DNA from: a virus
DNA: 64,000 nt
Virus record (IMG/VR): IMGVR_UViG_3300045988_115146
Reading direction: 5' to 3' (one strand)
Notes under the pieces: model-generated
Databases searched by the model: none
What the model was told of the DNA's origin: nothing
The model's input: only the letters and a program-made list of their open reading frames with translations
Shown: in pieces, positions 1 through 9,697 of the stretch
How the letters are laid out: every line of letters starts with the position of its first letter
Numbering within the stretch: the first letter of the stretch is position 1
Position numbers and translations under genes: made by a program

Positions 1-90
1 AAGTACATCCTTGAACTAAACGAAATGAATAATTACGAGGATGAAACTACCGTAAAGACGAATACTACATTTAGAGTTAGACCCAAATAA
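1..90 (+). CDS. 3' end of an upstream structural-module ORF (partial)
   Basis: Open frame runs from the window edge to TAA at 88-90. The C-terminus ...TNTTFRVRPK mirrors ...TNTTFTVTPKS of the next ORF, suggesting tandem paralogs. Confidence 0.4.
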   Translation, partial: KYILELNEMNNYEDETTVKTNTTFRVRPK

Positions 91-97
91 AAAAAAA

Positions 98-730
98 ATG
101 GCTGAAGTAAAACAGAACGGTGTAGTTGTTAGTCCTTCTACTGGTTCTGGTAATACCACTTTACAGGTAAAGGCAGAAGTTGCTAACCGTGGTAACCGTT
201 TAGCTCAGACTGCCACTTTTGAAGTAGAGGGTTCCGGTGTAGCTGAGAAGAAGCAATTTGTTGCTAATCATCTCCCAGCTGCAGAGTTCATTGAGTTTGA
301 TAATGCTAGCCCGGCAGTTGATAAGGGTGGTGGTAGTGTAACATTAACTGGTAAATCCAATACTACCGAGATTACCTTTTCAAAAGGTGCTGGAGATATC
401 ATCGGTGCAGATATTTCTGCAATCAGATTTACTGCAAACGGAGCTTCTGCAACAAGTGGTATTGCAATAACTGGTGACCCAGGTGCTAAAGCAAAGTACA
501 CTTTTAGTGTTACTTTGACTGCAGCAGCAAACGAAACAATTGAAGCCAGAACTCAGCAGATTATTGCTACTGCTGCTGGTGGACAGAAGGCTACGGCTAC
601 ACTGAATCAGACTGCTGGTGATCCATTTATCGAAGTTACACCGATAAAGATCGATGTACCTCAGGATGGTTCTGCAGTTCAGGTTACGGTGGATACCAAC
701 ACCACATTCACTGTTACTCCCAAATCGTAA
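98..730 (+). CDS. virion-associated protein, possibly Ig-like/BACON-like beta-sandwich (function unknown)
   Basis: 210 aa, T/A/G/V-rich and beta-strand-like. ANRGNRLAQTATFEV resembles the N-x-G-x-x-R-x-A-x-[IVF] pattern of BACON/Ig-like domains. It heads a long co-directional structural operon. Confidence 0.45.
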   Translation: MAEVKQNGVVVSPSTGSGNTTLQVKAEVANRGNRLAQTATFEVEGSGVAEKKQFVANHLPAAEFIEFDNASPAVDKGGGSVTLTGKSNTTEITFSKGAGDIIGADISAIRFTANGASATSGIAITGDPGAKAKYTFSVTLTAAANETIEARTQQIIATAAGGQKATATLNQTAGDPFIEVTPIKIDVPQDGSAVQVTVDTNTTFTVTPKS

Positions 731-744
731 AGATACGGAGTTTT

Positions 745-776
745 GGTATAGTAGGGTGGGATATCTCTACTATACC
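745..776 (+). terminator. 10-bp hairpin (ggtatagtag / ctactatacc, 12-nt loop) with no clear T-run; possible attenuator
   Basis: Perfect inverted repeat read directly at 745-754 and 767-776, between two ORFs. Confidence 0.3.
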
Positions 777-796
777 CCAAATTTAATACTTAAAGT

Positions 797-1105
797 ATGG
801 CAAAAGTTACTATACCATGGGGTGATGGCTCGGGTGATAATTTTTACATAGATTATACCGGAGTTGAAGGGAGTTCAGAATCACTCATAACTTCCGATAT
901 TAACCAAACAGGAGTAGAAAGAAGAAAAACTTTAGTATTCAGAACTACAACTTCAAATGTAGTAACTGCATTACAAGCCGAGGCTTATTTAACCGTAATC
1001 CAAAAGACCGACAGTTTAGTAGTAGCTATGTTTAATAACACAGTTGCTACGTTCGGTACTTCAGAAGTTAAAGCTGGTTGGAGAGATACTAAAAACAATC
1101 AATAG
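797..1105 (+). CDS. small BACON-like/Ig-like domain protein
   Basis: 102 aa. TIPWGDGSGDNFYIDY ... NQTGVERRKTLVFRTT fits the BACON-type pattern (W..., N-x-x-G-x-x-R-x-x-x-[IV]). Confidence 0.4.
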   Translation: MAKVTIPWGDGSGDNFYIDYTGVEGSSESLITSDINQTGVERRKTLVFRTTTSNVVTALQAEAYLTVIQKTDSLVVAMFNNTVATFGTSEVKAGWRDTKNNQ

Positions 1106-1107
1106 AT

Positions 1108-2379
1108 ATGGCAAAGTTCGTAGATATAAATTCTTTAACAGAGAAGACTTTGGATGGTAGTGAATCAGTACAAGTATCTGATACACAGAAATCTAAGTTA
1201 GTAAATATCCTTACACAGCTTGGGAAGAATCTTCAAATGGCTGTTAACGGTTCTGATAGTTGGCAGCTTCCTAACTTTGATACGAATAGTACTCCAGTCC
1301 AGAATTGGCTTAATGCCTTAGCATTTGCTTGCGGGTTACGAGATGAAAGTACAGGTTGGGGACCATTCAGGATCATAAACGGTAATGACGGAGATATTGC
1401 TTACTTTGTTATACTTTGGTATGACAACATCAATAATCTTACTGAGGCTTTCGTAATAGGATCGTATGCTAATGCTGTTGTAACGCTGTACGAGAAGCCC
1501 GGTAAGCAGCATCTTACTTCTAGTAGCGATCAGGATAATGACGTAATACAGGACATTCTTTCTACTGGTGGGTGGACTAAGGTAGTTACTATAGGTAATG
1601 GAGGATCAGAAATAGAATCACTGGCTGCAGAAAAAGTTTTAGTAGAAGCACCAACTTTATTCGATGAAAATACCTCAAGTACGTGGGACCCAAATTCCGC
1701 GAACAATTTGCAGGAGCTTCTCAACGGACTGCTTTACAGAACCGGTCTGAGAAGTACCTCTGACGGTATGAATTTAGGATTCCGCGTTGCGTGCGCTGAT
1801 GGTAAGATAGCGATCATAGCGAATGATTCGTCGTCGTCGGACTACTCGGTGTTCCTGTTCAGCGGAGGCTCCACGATACACACCTACCTTATTGACCAGC
1901 AGTACGTCATGGAGTGGGTGGGTAACTATTCGTCCGACCACGAAATAATATCGAGCATAGAGAGCGACGGTAGTGAAACGGGTATGCTTGATATGGCAGG
2001 TATATCGAATTTCGCTACGAAGGCATACGTCAAGCCGAACGATGTTGTACTGACGATGTTCCCCTCGGGTTACAGAACTGTTATCCCGGGAGAAAACCTT
2101 ACGACTAACTTAACCTCTGGGACACTGAAAATAGAGGTTCCCAACCTGTTGACCGCACAAGTAAAGAATGGTCCATTCCGTGATGCTGTAATAGACGTTC
2201 CATATGGTGTTACTGTACAGTTTGCTGATCAAGTAGGTATAGTATATAAAGCAGATGGTGTTGATGGATTTACTGCTACATCTGGTAGAAAGGTATATAC
2301 TATTCACTTTGTGCCTACAACGTCGTCGACTACTAATATAACCTTTAGAGCATTTGTAAACGTGACAAACTATAAGTAG
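1108..2379 (+). CDS. structural protein with an internal domain duplication
   Basis: 423 aa. NSTPVQNWLNALAFACGLRDESTGWGPFRIINGNDGDIAYFVI repeats as NSANNLQELLNGLLYRTGLRSTSDGMNLGFRVACADGKIAIIA. The second copy lies in a visibly GC/CpG-richer stretch. Confidence 0.5.
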   Translation: MAKFVDINSLTEKTLDGSESVQVSDTQKSKLVNILTQLGKNLQMAVNGSDSWQLPNFDTNSTPVQNWLNALAFACGLRDESTGWGPFRIINGNDGDIAYFVILWYDNINNLTEAFVIGSYANAVVTLYEKPGKQHLTSSSDQDNDVIQDILSTGGWTKVVTIGNGGSEIESLAAEKVLVEAPTLFDENTSSTWDPNSANNLQELLNGLLYRTGLRSTSDGMNLGFRVACADGKIAIIANDSSSSDYSVFLFSGGSTIHTYLIDQQYVMEWVGNYSSDHEIISSIESDGSETGMLDMAGISNFATKAYVKPNDVVLTMFPSGYRTVIPGENLTTNLTSGTLKIEVPNLLTAQVKNGPFRDAVIDVPYGVTVQFADQVGIVYKADGVDGFTATSGRKVYTIHFVPTTSSTTNITFRAFVNVTNYK

Positions 2380-2380
2380 G

Positions 2381-3409
2381 ATGCTTACTGCTTTTTTTGC
2401 TTCACAGAATGGTACAAGTAAAACAGTGCCAAAAACTCTGACATATCAGTTTGAGAATAGTTCTGGTATGGGATTATCCATAGTACAAGGTAACCCAGAA
2501 AACCCATTAACTTCAAGAACTGTAGATGTACCATTTAGTAATGATCCTTATGTAATTACTAGCAGGTTATTATCCGAGGGGAATATAACTCCTATGATAT
2601 CTGTTAAGTCAGAAAATAACTGGGTATTAAACATCAGAGTTTACTTAAGAAAGTACGGTACTGCTACGGATACTTTCTTAGGTGGGTTAAATGTAGATAA
2701 AGATCATTATGGTACTAACACTATAAGTGGTACTACAAAAGTTAACTTTGGTGATACTTTAATTTATAGAATAGGTTTACTTGATGGAGTATTAACTTCT
2801 AAATCTATTGCTAATACATTCCCAACAGGTAGTATTCAAGATCCCACTTGGGGATTAAGTTTGGAGGATTTATATACTACAAGTTTCATAGGTATGGAGT
2901 TAAAGAAAGGTGAACCATATCCTTATGACTTGGAAGTAAATCTTGGATCAAGTACTAAAGGTACTTTCGAAGATTGTAATGCAGTAGTAGAGTTCTACGA
3001 GAAATACAGTGGTAAGATTGATGAAGTAACATTCTATGCTAATACAGCAGAAGATGTTGGTAATATAGTAGTTGGTATGGATACCAATAAAAAGGTGGTT
3101 ATGTATTTGAAATATGTGACCAGTGCTAGTGTAGACCCACCAACTCCATCAAAAGTTGCCATTGATTTTACTGTGGGTATTTCTCCTCATTCACCCGGTA
3201 CAGAAACTACGATATCCATTTATAATAAGGCAAGAACCCAATTATTAAAGAGTGTGACTTATGAAGATGGAGATGTAAGAGTTGGTTCTTCTACAGAGTT
3301 TACTAACGTACCTAATAGTGATAACAATGTATATTACTTAGTTATTACTGGGTCAGTGAATAGGTCAGAGTTATTTAACTTCTACGATGGAGGAGTATAC
3401 ATTTTCTAA
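2381..3409 (+). CDS. hypothetical structural protein
   Basis: 342-aa ORF tightly packed with its neighbours (2-nt gap). No motif recognised. Confidence 0.5.
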   Translation: MLTAFFASQNGTSKTVPKTLTYQFENSSGMGLSIVQGNPENPLTSRTVDVPFSNDPYVITSRLLSEGNITPMISVKSENNWVLNIRVYLRKYGTATDTFLGGLNVDKDHYGTNTISGTTKVNFGDTLIYRIGLLDGVLTSKSIANTFPTGSIQDPTWGLSLEDLYTTSFIGMELKKGEPYPYDLEVNLGSSTKGTFEDCNAVVEFYEKYSGKIDEVTFYANTAEDVGNIVVGMDTNKKVVMYLKYVTSASVDPPTPSKVAIDFTVGISPHSPGTETTISIYNKARTQLLKSVTYEDGDVRVGSSTEFTNVPNSDNNVYYLVITGSVNRSELFNFYDGGVYIF

Positions 3410-3421
3410 AATAAAAGTATT

Positions 3422-3613
3422 ATGAAAATATCAAAACTTGGATGGCTGTACGTAGCATTGCTAATAGCCTCAGTAATAATCTTCTCTTGTATTTGGAGAT
3501 GGCTGGACAACGGACTGGTAGCATTCTTGCTCATTTTATATCCGATAGTGTATTTCATTGCCGGATATTTTGCTCATTATCTCAAAATAAAGGCAGCCAT
3601 TAAGAAAGAATAG
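3422..3613 (+). CDS. small membrane protein
   Basis: 63 aa with two hydrophobic helices (LGWLYVALLIASVIIFSCIW; LVAFLLILYPIVYFIAGYFA). Confidence 0.5.
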   Translation: MKISKLGWLYVALLIASVIIFSCIWRWLDNGLVAFLLILYPIVYFIAGYFAHYLKIKAAIKKE

Positions 3614-3616
3614 GCA

Positions 3617-4129
3617 ATGTCCAGTATCTTAAAAGAACATTCCCATAAAACTAAGTTAGGGAAGTTATTGCATACTCTAGTACATGTTCTTTTGTATATT
3701 TGGCAACTACCTCAAAACTTAGCAGGTTTAATATACATGATAGTACTGAGAGGAGAGAAAAGGATTCTTAAACAAAGAAGCACTGCTTTCTATGTAGCTC
3801 CTACAATGAATGGCGGTGTAAGTTTGGGAAACTACATCTTTCTTTCAGAAAGGTCAGGATTAAAAGAACCTGCTTATGATCACGAGTTTGGTCATTGCAT
3901 ACAGTCTAGAATACTTGGGCCATTATATTTACCCATCGTAGGATTGTGCAGTGGTCTTCATTGCCTATTCCATAATAGAAAGAATAATTACTACGAATTC
4001 TGGACAGAGAAATGGGCAAACAAACTTGGTGGAATAGAAGGTTATGCCGGAGAGTACCATTATCATAAGGATGGTGTAATAAGAACTGTTTACTCAGAGT
4101 TAAAGGACTTTTACAATAAACATTTTTAA
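3617..4129 (+). CDS. membrane-associated zincin-like metallopeptidase (HExxH)
   Basis: 170 aa. Hydrophobic N-terminal segment plus an HEFGH motif (YDHEFGHCIQS), resembling small membrane zincins of the DUF3267 type. Confidence 0.45.
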   Translation: MSSILKEHSHKTKLGKLLHTLVHVLLYIWQLPQNLAGLIYMIVLRGEKRILKQRSTAFYVAPTMNGGVSLGNYIFLSERSGLKEPAYDHEFGHCIQSRILGPLYLPIVGLCSGLHCLFHNRKNNYYEFWTEKWANKLGGIEGYAGEYHYHKDGVIRTVYSELKDFYNKHF

Positions 4130-4131
4130 CA

Positions 4132-4698
4132 ATGGCAAGAACGGTTAATATCTCCCTACCAAAAATATCAGACCTGGTTCTTCAAGTAAAGCTAAACGGT
4201 GAATGGCAAACGGTTGAAGCTTTAGTAAGTAACCTTGGTCAAAGTATGCAAATAGGGTATGATAGAGCCGTAGATAAGTTCTCAAGATCTTTACTGTCAA
4301 TAGTTAAGAAGTCACTAACTTTGGGTATACCACCAGTTGGTGGTGGGGTAACTTGGCAACCGTTATCCCAAGCTACTATAGAAAGATACGGACAACATCC
4401 TATTTATAACCTGACTGGCCTTTATTCTAGGTCAGTTGGGTTATATAGGTATAAATCGAGAGTTCTAATAGGATTGCCTATTGGAATTAGGAGATCTTCT
4501 CAGAAAAAATTAACACTAAACCAGCTTGCTAAAATGTTGGAATCTGGATCCAGTGATGGTAGGATTCCTCCAAGGCCAGTATGGGCACCTTCTCTTAAAG
4601 CTGTTGGTGGTAAGAATAAGCTAAAGCAACTTATCCTAACAGAGATACGTAGAGAACTTCAAAAATATGGTGTAAGACCCAATCAAGTAAAATGGTAA
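4132..4698 (+). CDS. virion morphogenesis / tail-completion protein (Mu gpG or HK97 gp10-like)
   Basis: VTWQPLSQATIERYGQHPIYNLTGLYSRSVG fits the W-x-PLS..T....L..TG.L..S pattern of that family. It lies upstream of the sheath gene. Confidence 0.4.
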   Translation: MARTVNISLPKISDLVLQVKLNGEWQTVEALVSNLGQSMQIGYDRAVDKFSRSLLSIVKKSLTLGIPPVGGGVTWQPLSQATIERYGQHPIYNLTGLYSRSVGLYRYKSRVLIGLPIGIRRSSQKKLTLNQLAKMLESGSSDGRIPPRPVWAPSLKAVGGKNKLKQLILTEIRRELQKYGVRPNQVKW

Positions 4699-5357
4699 AT
4701 TCTCAGGAAATTATAGAGAGGTCCATATACATGGCTCTATTGAATATGGCCATTGAATTGGGCTACACTATAAACCCAGAAGACTATCTCCCAACCAGTG
4801 CAGAAAATGCTGCAAGGTTTAAAGAAGACCTTAAAAAGATCATCGATGACAAGGGGTTCTATATAGGTATCTTTGGAGTAGGCAATAATCATTCCCGAGG
4901 TATAAAAGAAACCCCGAGAATAGTAGTTGATTCAGAGGGATTTTATCCAGGAGACATAGGACTACCAAGAAAAATAACCCAGAAAGAAGAGGGTATAGGT
5001 TACACAGCAACAGAAGTACCTTATGAATCCCTATCACAATATATGAACATAAGATTATGTGCTCATTCTTCAGAACATATGAGATTGTTGCACCAAATTA
5101 TGTTCTGGTCTGTACCTCAAAGAGGTTACTTAAAACCCTACGATGAACCCGAGTTCTTATTCACAGGTAACATATACCTTAGGATAGTTAACTTTTATAA
5201 TATGCCAGACCTGGAAAATGGGTTAATGGAAAAAGTATATCAATTTGAAGTACAGGATTGCCTCCTAGAGAAAAATACTCCTCCAGAGGTAATTACTCCA
5301 ATAAGAGATATTTCTGTTCTTCTAGAAAATACAGATTATACAATTAAAGTACCATAA
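4692..5357 (+). CDS. hypothetical neck/tail-module protein
   Basis: 221-aa ORF with a 7-nt overlap with the upstream gene. Confidence 0.45.
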   Translation: MVNSQEIIERSIYMALLNMAIELGYTINPEDYLPTSAENAARFKEDLKKIIDDKGFYIGIFGVGNNHSRGIKETPRIVVDSEGFYPGDIGLPRKITQKEEGIGYTATEVPYESLSQYMNIRLCAHSSEHMRLLHQIMFWSVPQRGYLKPYDEPEFLFTGNIYLRIVNFYNMPDLENGLMEKVYQFEVQDCLLEKNTPPEVITPIRDISVLLENTDYTIKVP

Positions 5358-5360
5358 TAT

Positions 5361-6428
5361 ATGGACAAAAGATTAAAAATACTTTTGGAAGAGGTTAAAG
5401 GTTCAGATCCTAACCTTGATACCATGGATAGAAACACAAGAGTAAGAGCTGGTAATTACCAATTCCCTTTCTCTGGTCAGCAGTTAGATTATCTGTTATT
5501 AACTTTAGCTAAGAAATTATCCGGTGATGATATACTGATATTCTCTGATCCAAGTAATCCTCAGACTGTATTAACAGAGATAACCAAATATCAGCTGGAT
5601 GATCCATCTAAAATATATACTTCTTATGAAGTAGTATTTGGAACTTATCTCGGTACATTAAGAATAGATTCTCAAGATACGGCTAGTGTATCCATATTAC
5701 AGTCAGGTAAGATAATTTACTGTAACATGGATTTAACAGATGGTCAAGTAACTCTAGAAAAAGAAATACAGTTAGATGACTTAGATAAGGTTACTCATGA
5801 GGAACATATATTAACTCTTGAGATAGGTGATTCTGCCGAAGTTAGCGAAAGGAACTTAGAAAAGTTGAGAGCTAATGCTGGAGAACATTTCCTATGTAAC
5901 CTTGATTATGGATACGGAGTAGGCAGGTGGAATCCAACTGATGGTGGTAGTTCAGTAATAATGACTTCTGAGGGTATAAAGACAAGTTGGGACTTAGCTC
6001 CTGACGGTTCTATATCCAAAATAGAAGACGAAATATTGCCAGATGTTCCTTACCGAGTAAGTGTACCAGGCACTTCTATAAATACAGTTGTTGATGAAGT
6101 GATAGGGTCACAAATAATCAAAGCTAGTGTACTGGTAATAGAAGGAGGATCTACTGGGCCGATATCTTATTTAAGATGTGTAGATTCTACAAGCAGTGTA
6201 ATTCAATTCGCTTCTATAACTAAAGATCTAAGGTTATCTGTACTCTCATATGATGTATCTGCAAGAAATTTGACCCAGGCATTCGTAAATATAAACGAAG
6301 AGCCAGAAGGTATTGCTAATTCATTATATCAGTACCTTGGATTTACTGAGGAAGAGTTAACTGCAGAACAGTTTAAGAATGGATTGAAAAATGCCATATT
6401 AGCTTACAAAGACGGGCCAATTGCTTAA
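5361..6428 (+). CDS. hypothetical structural protein
   Basis: 355-aa ORF immediately upstream of the sheath gene. Confidence 0.45.
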   Translation: MDKRLKILLEEVKGSDPNLDTMDRNTRVRAGNYQFPFSGQQLDYLLLTLAKKLSGDDILIFSDPSNPQTVLTEITKYQLDDPSKIYTSYEVVFGTYLGTLRIDSQDTASVSILQSGKIIYCNMDLTDGQVTLEKEIQLDDLDKVTHEEHILTLEIGDSAEVSERNLEKLRANAGEHFLCNLDYGYGVGRWNPTDGGSSVIMTSEGIKTSWDLAPDGSISKIEDEILPDVPYRVSVPGTSINTVVDEVIGSQIIKASVLVIEGGSTGPISYLRCVDSTSSVIQFASITKDLRLSVLSYDVSARNLTQAFVNINEEPEGIANSLYQYLGFTEEELTAEQFKNGLKNAILAYKDGPIA

Positions 6429-6450
6429 TAACACTTTAATATAATTAAAT

Positions 6451-8325
6451 ATGCCACAGACTCCAAGAGTAAGGTTCAACTTTAAGAACCTGAACGTGCA
6501 ATCGAGTGTGCCTCTGTTGGGCGTAGTCAACATGGTAGCTATGACTACTAAGGGTCCGTTCGAAGACCCAAGTGATTTGATTTCAAGCCCATCTCAGTTC
6601 ATTCGTATCTTTGGTTCGGAGATAGTTCCGGATGGTTCAGTATCGAACATAATGAAAGCCCTGGAAATGGGTGCAAAAGTTCGAGTATCTAGAGTAGCTG
6701 GTAAGGGAGCTAGTTATGGATGGGCAAAACCAATGGCTGTAACTCCAGCAGCTGCAGCACTCAGTGCACCATCAACTTCAGTTCCAGGCGGTTCAGCAAT
6801 TATATCCATAGTAATTTCTGATCCAAGTGGAGCAGAGAATAGCCTTACAATGAATATGGCTATTCGTACTCGGGAAGCAGGTTCTCCGGTACTTGATAAT
6901 ACTGGGGTAAATTTGAATCGTCCCTTCTACTTAAAATTGAATGTATCCACAGAGCCAACACTCCGTGCAAGTATCATTCAGTATGGTGCAAGGGATGAGG
7001 AAACTAAGATACCAACTTATGACAGTATCTTAAATGAGACACTGTTCTTCTCTGCTGTATCGGCAAATACTACTGATGGTGTAACTACCCCTTCTATCAA
7101 TGTAAATACTTTACAGAATTTCTTGGATAATGCTCCAAACATTACGTTCGAGGCAATTCAGGGAAAAGAAGGTGATGGCCAGGGAACTATGGAAACTCTG
7201 GCAACTGGCATACAGACCATGGAAGACATAGTTTCTATACTTCGTCAGTTCTCCAACTGGAATTCTACCATTATGATTGGTAAGATTGCTTCTGGAACGG
7301 TTGATACCGATGAAGTCAGTGATACCAATGTATACATGGAATGCTCGGAGGGAACTGTTGGTACAGACCCCGGTAAGGATGAGTGGATCTCTGCTTACAA
7401 TGCTAGCAAGGTTTACTATGAGGCATACTCGGTAGTACTCTCTCACATACACCAGCATCTGGATAATTATATAGAGGTATATACCGAAGTAGCTAATGAT
7501 GTACATACTACATTCGAGAATATGCTCTATGTAGAGGTACCAAAGTATGCAGCCGGAACCCGTACTCCTGCTACTGTTGATGAAACATTAACCGCTCTGA
7601 AGACTATGGTTCAGACCATTGGTCCCAAGAAGGAGGTAGCATATTTCGGTGGTGGTATCAAGTACTATAATGAAAACGGTTCTCTTCAGAAATGTGATGT
7701 ATTGGGTTCTGTAGCTGGACTTGATGCAACTTGTGCTTCTACTTATGGGCCTTGGTATTCCTTCTCTGGTATGAATCGTGGTGTAATTGCTTCGGCACTT
7801 GGACCCGTGATGAAGAACTTGGGAGGTCCAGCTGAGATAGATACTCTTAATGAGTTTGCTCAGTGGTACATGAACCTGTTCGTAATCAAGAATACCCGTA
7901 CTCAGGGCCAGCGTACTATGCTTTGGAATGGATTCACTTCCAATCCCGTGGATGACTCCGAAAAGTTCATTTCAATAGTACGTCTCAATCTCTACTTGAA
8001 GAAGAACCTTCGGCCTATTCTGGAGAGCTATATAGAAGAGCCTAATACTTTTGAAACGTGGAAAAGGATATACTACGAAGCAAAGGATCTTCTGGATGAC
8101 TTGCAGAATCGTAAAGCAATAACTACCTACACATGGTTAGGAGATCAGGATGCACAGAGCTATGAAGATCTTCAGGTTAATAACGAGGCCGATGTTCGTC
8201 AGGGTAAATACAAGGCTCAGCTGAAGTATAAGGAAATTGTTCCAATGCAGGATATAGAGATGGATGTTATCATAGATGTTTCGGTAAATAAGAGCACTGG
8301 TGAGATATCCATATCCGCACAGTAA
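6451..8325 (+). CDS. contractile tail sheath protein
   Basis: 624 aa. The N-terminus VPLLGVVNMVAMTTKGPFEDPSDLISSPSQFIRIFG matches the sheath family pattern (G..g..kGP...p..i.s...f...FG). It is followed by tube, chaperone and tape measure genes. Confidence 0.8.
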   Translation: MPQTPRVRFNFKNLNVQSSVPLLGVVNMVAMTTKGPFEDPSDLISSPSQFIRIFGSEIVPDGSVSNIMKALEMGAKVRVSRVAGKGASYGWAKPMAVTPAAAALSAPSTSVPGGSAIISIVISDPSGAENSLTMNMAIRTREAGSPVLDNTGVNLNRPFYLKLNVSTEPTLRASIIQYGARDEETKIPTYDSILNETLFFSAVSANTTDGVTTPSINVNTLQNFLDNAPNITFEAIQGKEGDGQGTMETLATGIQTMEDIVSILRQFSNWNSTIMIGKIASGTVDTDEVSDTNVYMECSEGTVGTDPGKDEWISAYNASKVYYEAYSVVLSHIHQHLDNYIEVYTEVANDVHTTFENMLYVEVPKYAAGTRTPATVDETLTALKTMVQTIGPKKEVAYFGGGIKYYNENGSLQKCDVLGSVAGLDATCASTYGPWYSFSGMNRGVIASALGPVMKNLGGPAEIDTLNEFAQWYMNLFVIKNTRTQGQRTMLWNGFTSNPVDDSEKFISIVRLNLYLKKNLRPILESYIEEPNTFETWKRIYYEAKDLLDDLQNRKAITTYTWLGDQDAQSYEDLQVNNEADVRQGKYKAQLKYKEIVPMQDIEMDVIIDVSVNKSTGEISISAQ

Positions 8326-8349
8326 TAAACAAATAAATGATATAATACT

Positions 8350-8817
8350 ATGGCAGGAGCTAAAGTAAAAAATCCGAGGAAGAAGTTCTTATGGCAAATT
8401 GTATTTGTCAAACATCCCATAAACGCATTCCTCTTTCAAAAGGTTGGTATACCAGAGGTAAGTATTGAACAAGTTTCACATGGTGATGTAAATTACGATG
8501 TAAAAACAGCTGGTAGAGTATCAGTTGGAAACTTAACAGCTTCCAAATTGGAAACTACTTCTGGGTCAGATACTTGGTTATGGGATTGGCTTATGTCAGT
8601 TCAGGATATGTTGCTTGGTGGGGGTTTAACTCCAAGCCAGTATAAGGAAACGGTACTCATCAATGAGCTGGCCGAGGATGGAGTATCTATCCTTAACTCC
8701 TGGACATGTACCGGAGTATGGCCTTGCAAGGTAAACGGACAGGACTTAGACCGAATGAGTTCGGATAACACTCTGGAGGATTTGGAGTTCTCAGTAGATA
8801 CCTGCGAGAAGCTGTAA
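8350..8817 (+). CDS. tail tube protein (T4 gp19 / contractile-injection tube family)
   Basis: 155 aa. KFLWQIVF...GIPEVSIEQVSHGD...GRVSVGNLTASKLETTSG is typical of tube proteins. It sits directly after the sheath gene. Confidence 0.7.
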   Translation: MAGAKVKNPRKKFLWQIVFVKHPINAFLFQKVGIPEVSIEQVSHGDVNYDVKTAGRVSVGNLTASKLETTSGSDTWLWDWLMSVQDMLLGGGLTPSQYKETVLINELAEDGVSILNSWTCTGVWPCKVNGQDLDRMSSDNTLEDLEFSVDTCEKL

Positions 8818-8829
8818 TAGTGAATCACT

Positions 8830-8862
8830 AAGGGAGAGCTCAGCAATGAACTCTCCCTTTTT
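8830..8862 (+). terminator. rho-independent terminator after the tube gene
   Basis: aagggagag (8830-8838) pairs with ctctccctt (8851-8859), followed by a T-run. Confidence 0.65.
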
Positions 8863-8908
8863 CGTTACAAAATACTATATTTTTCAGAATACTTAACAAC
8901 TCAACACA

Positions 8909-9697
8909 ATGGAAGATCAAACACTTTATGGTAAGAAACTTACCTTTAAACTACCAAGTGGTTATGAAGTAACCATACGGGAACAGAATGGAGAGGATGA
9001 TGATATTCTCTCAAACCCAGTAGATGCAAAAACATTTATGAACATCTCTAAATTTATTGCTGGTATTGTAACAGATACCGATATTACGGCTACAAGATTA
9101 CTCACAGCTGATGATGTTCAAAAAATGCCATCTCTTGATAGGTATACGATTATGATAAATTCTCGTATATTCTCTCTGGGAAAAACTCTTGAATTCAGGT
9201 ATGACTGGGAAGGCCCAGCAGAGGGTCAAGTAAGAACCATTGATTATGAAGTAGATCTTAAAGAAGAGTTCCTTTTTGACTATGGTACAATTCCTACAAT
9301 GCAGGAAATGGAAGCAAAACCGAATGCTATACCATTTTATCCAGTATCAAAACAGTCAAAGGGGATAACATTTACAACTAAGAGTGGTAAAGAACTTTGC
9401 TTTGATTTACTCAGTGCTGAAGGTGAGTCATACGTAATGAATTTACCAATGAACGAGAGAACTAAGAACCAGGAATTAATTGCTCGTAACCTTAAACTTA
9501 AAGTAGGTGAAAATTACGAGATCGTTAAAAACTTCAGAATGTTTTCCTCTCAGGATATGATGGATATTCGTTCCACTGTTAAAGGAATGGATCCAATATT
9601 CCCAGGAACTACTCAAATAGAGGACCCAGATACTGGTCAACGTATTATGGTACCAGTAATGGCAGTAGATAATTTTTTCTACCCACGGGAGAACTAG
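8909..9697 (+). CDS. tail assembly chaperone (gpG / P2 gpE analogue), zero-frame product
   Basis: 262-aa ORF in the conserved slot between tube and tape measure. A slippery heptamer lies near its 3' end. Confidence 0.55.
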   Translation: MEDQTLYGKKLTFKLPSGYEVTIREQNGEDDDILSNPVDAKTFMNISKFIAGIVTDTDITATRLLTADDVQKMPSLDRYTIMINSRIFSLGKTLEFRYDWEGPAEGQVRTIDYEVDLKEEFLFDYGTIPTMQEMEAKPNAIPFYPVSKQSKGITFTTKSGKELCFDLLSAEGESYVMNLPMNERTKNQELIARNLKLKVGENYEIVKNFRMFSSQDMMDIRSTVKGMDPIFPGTTQIEDPDTGQRIMVPVMAVDNFFYPREN

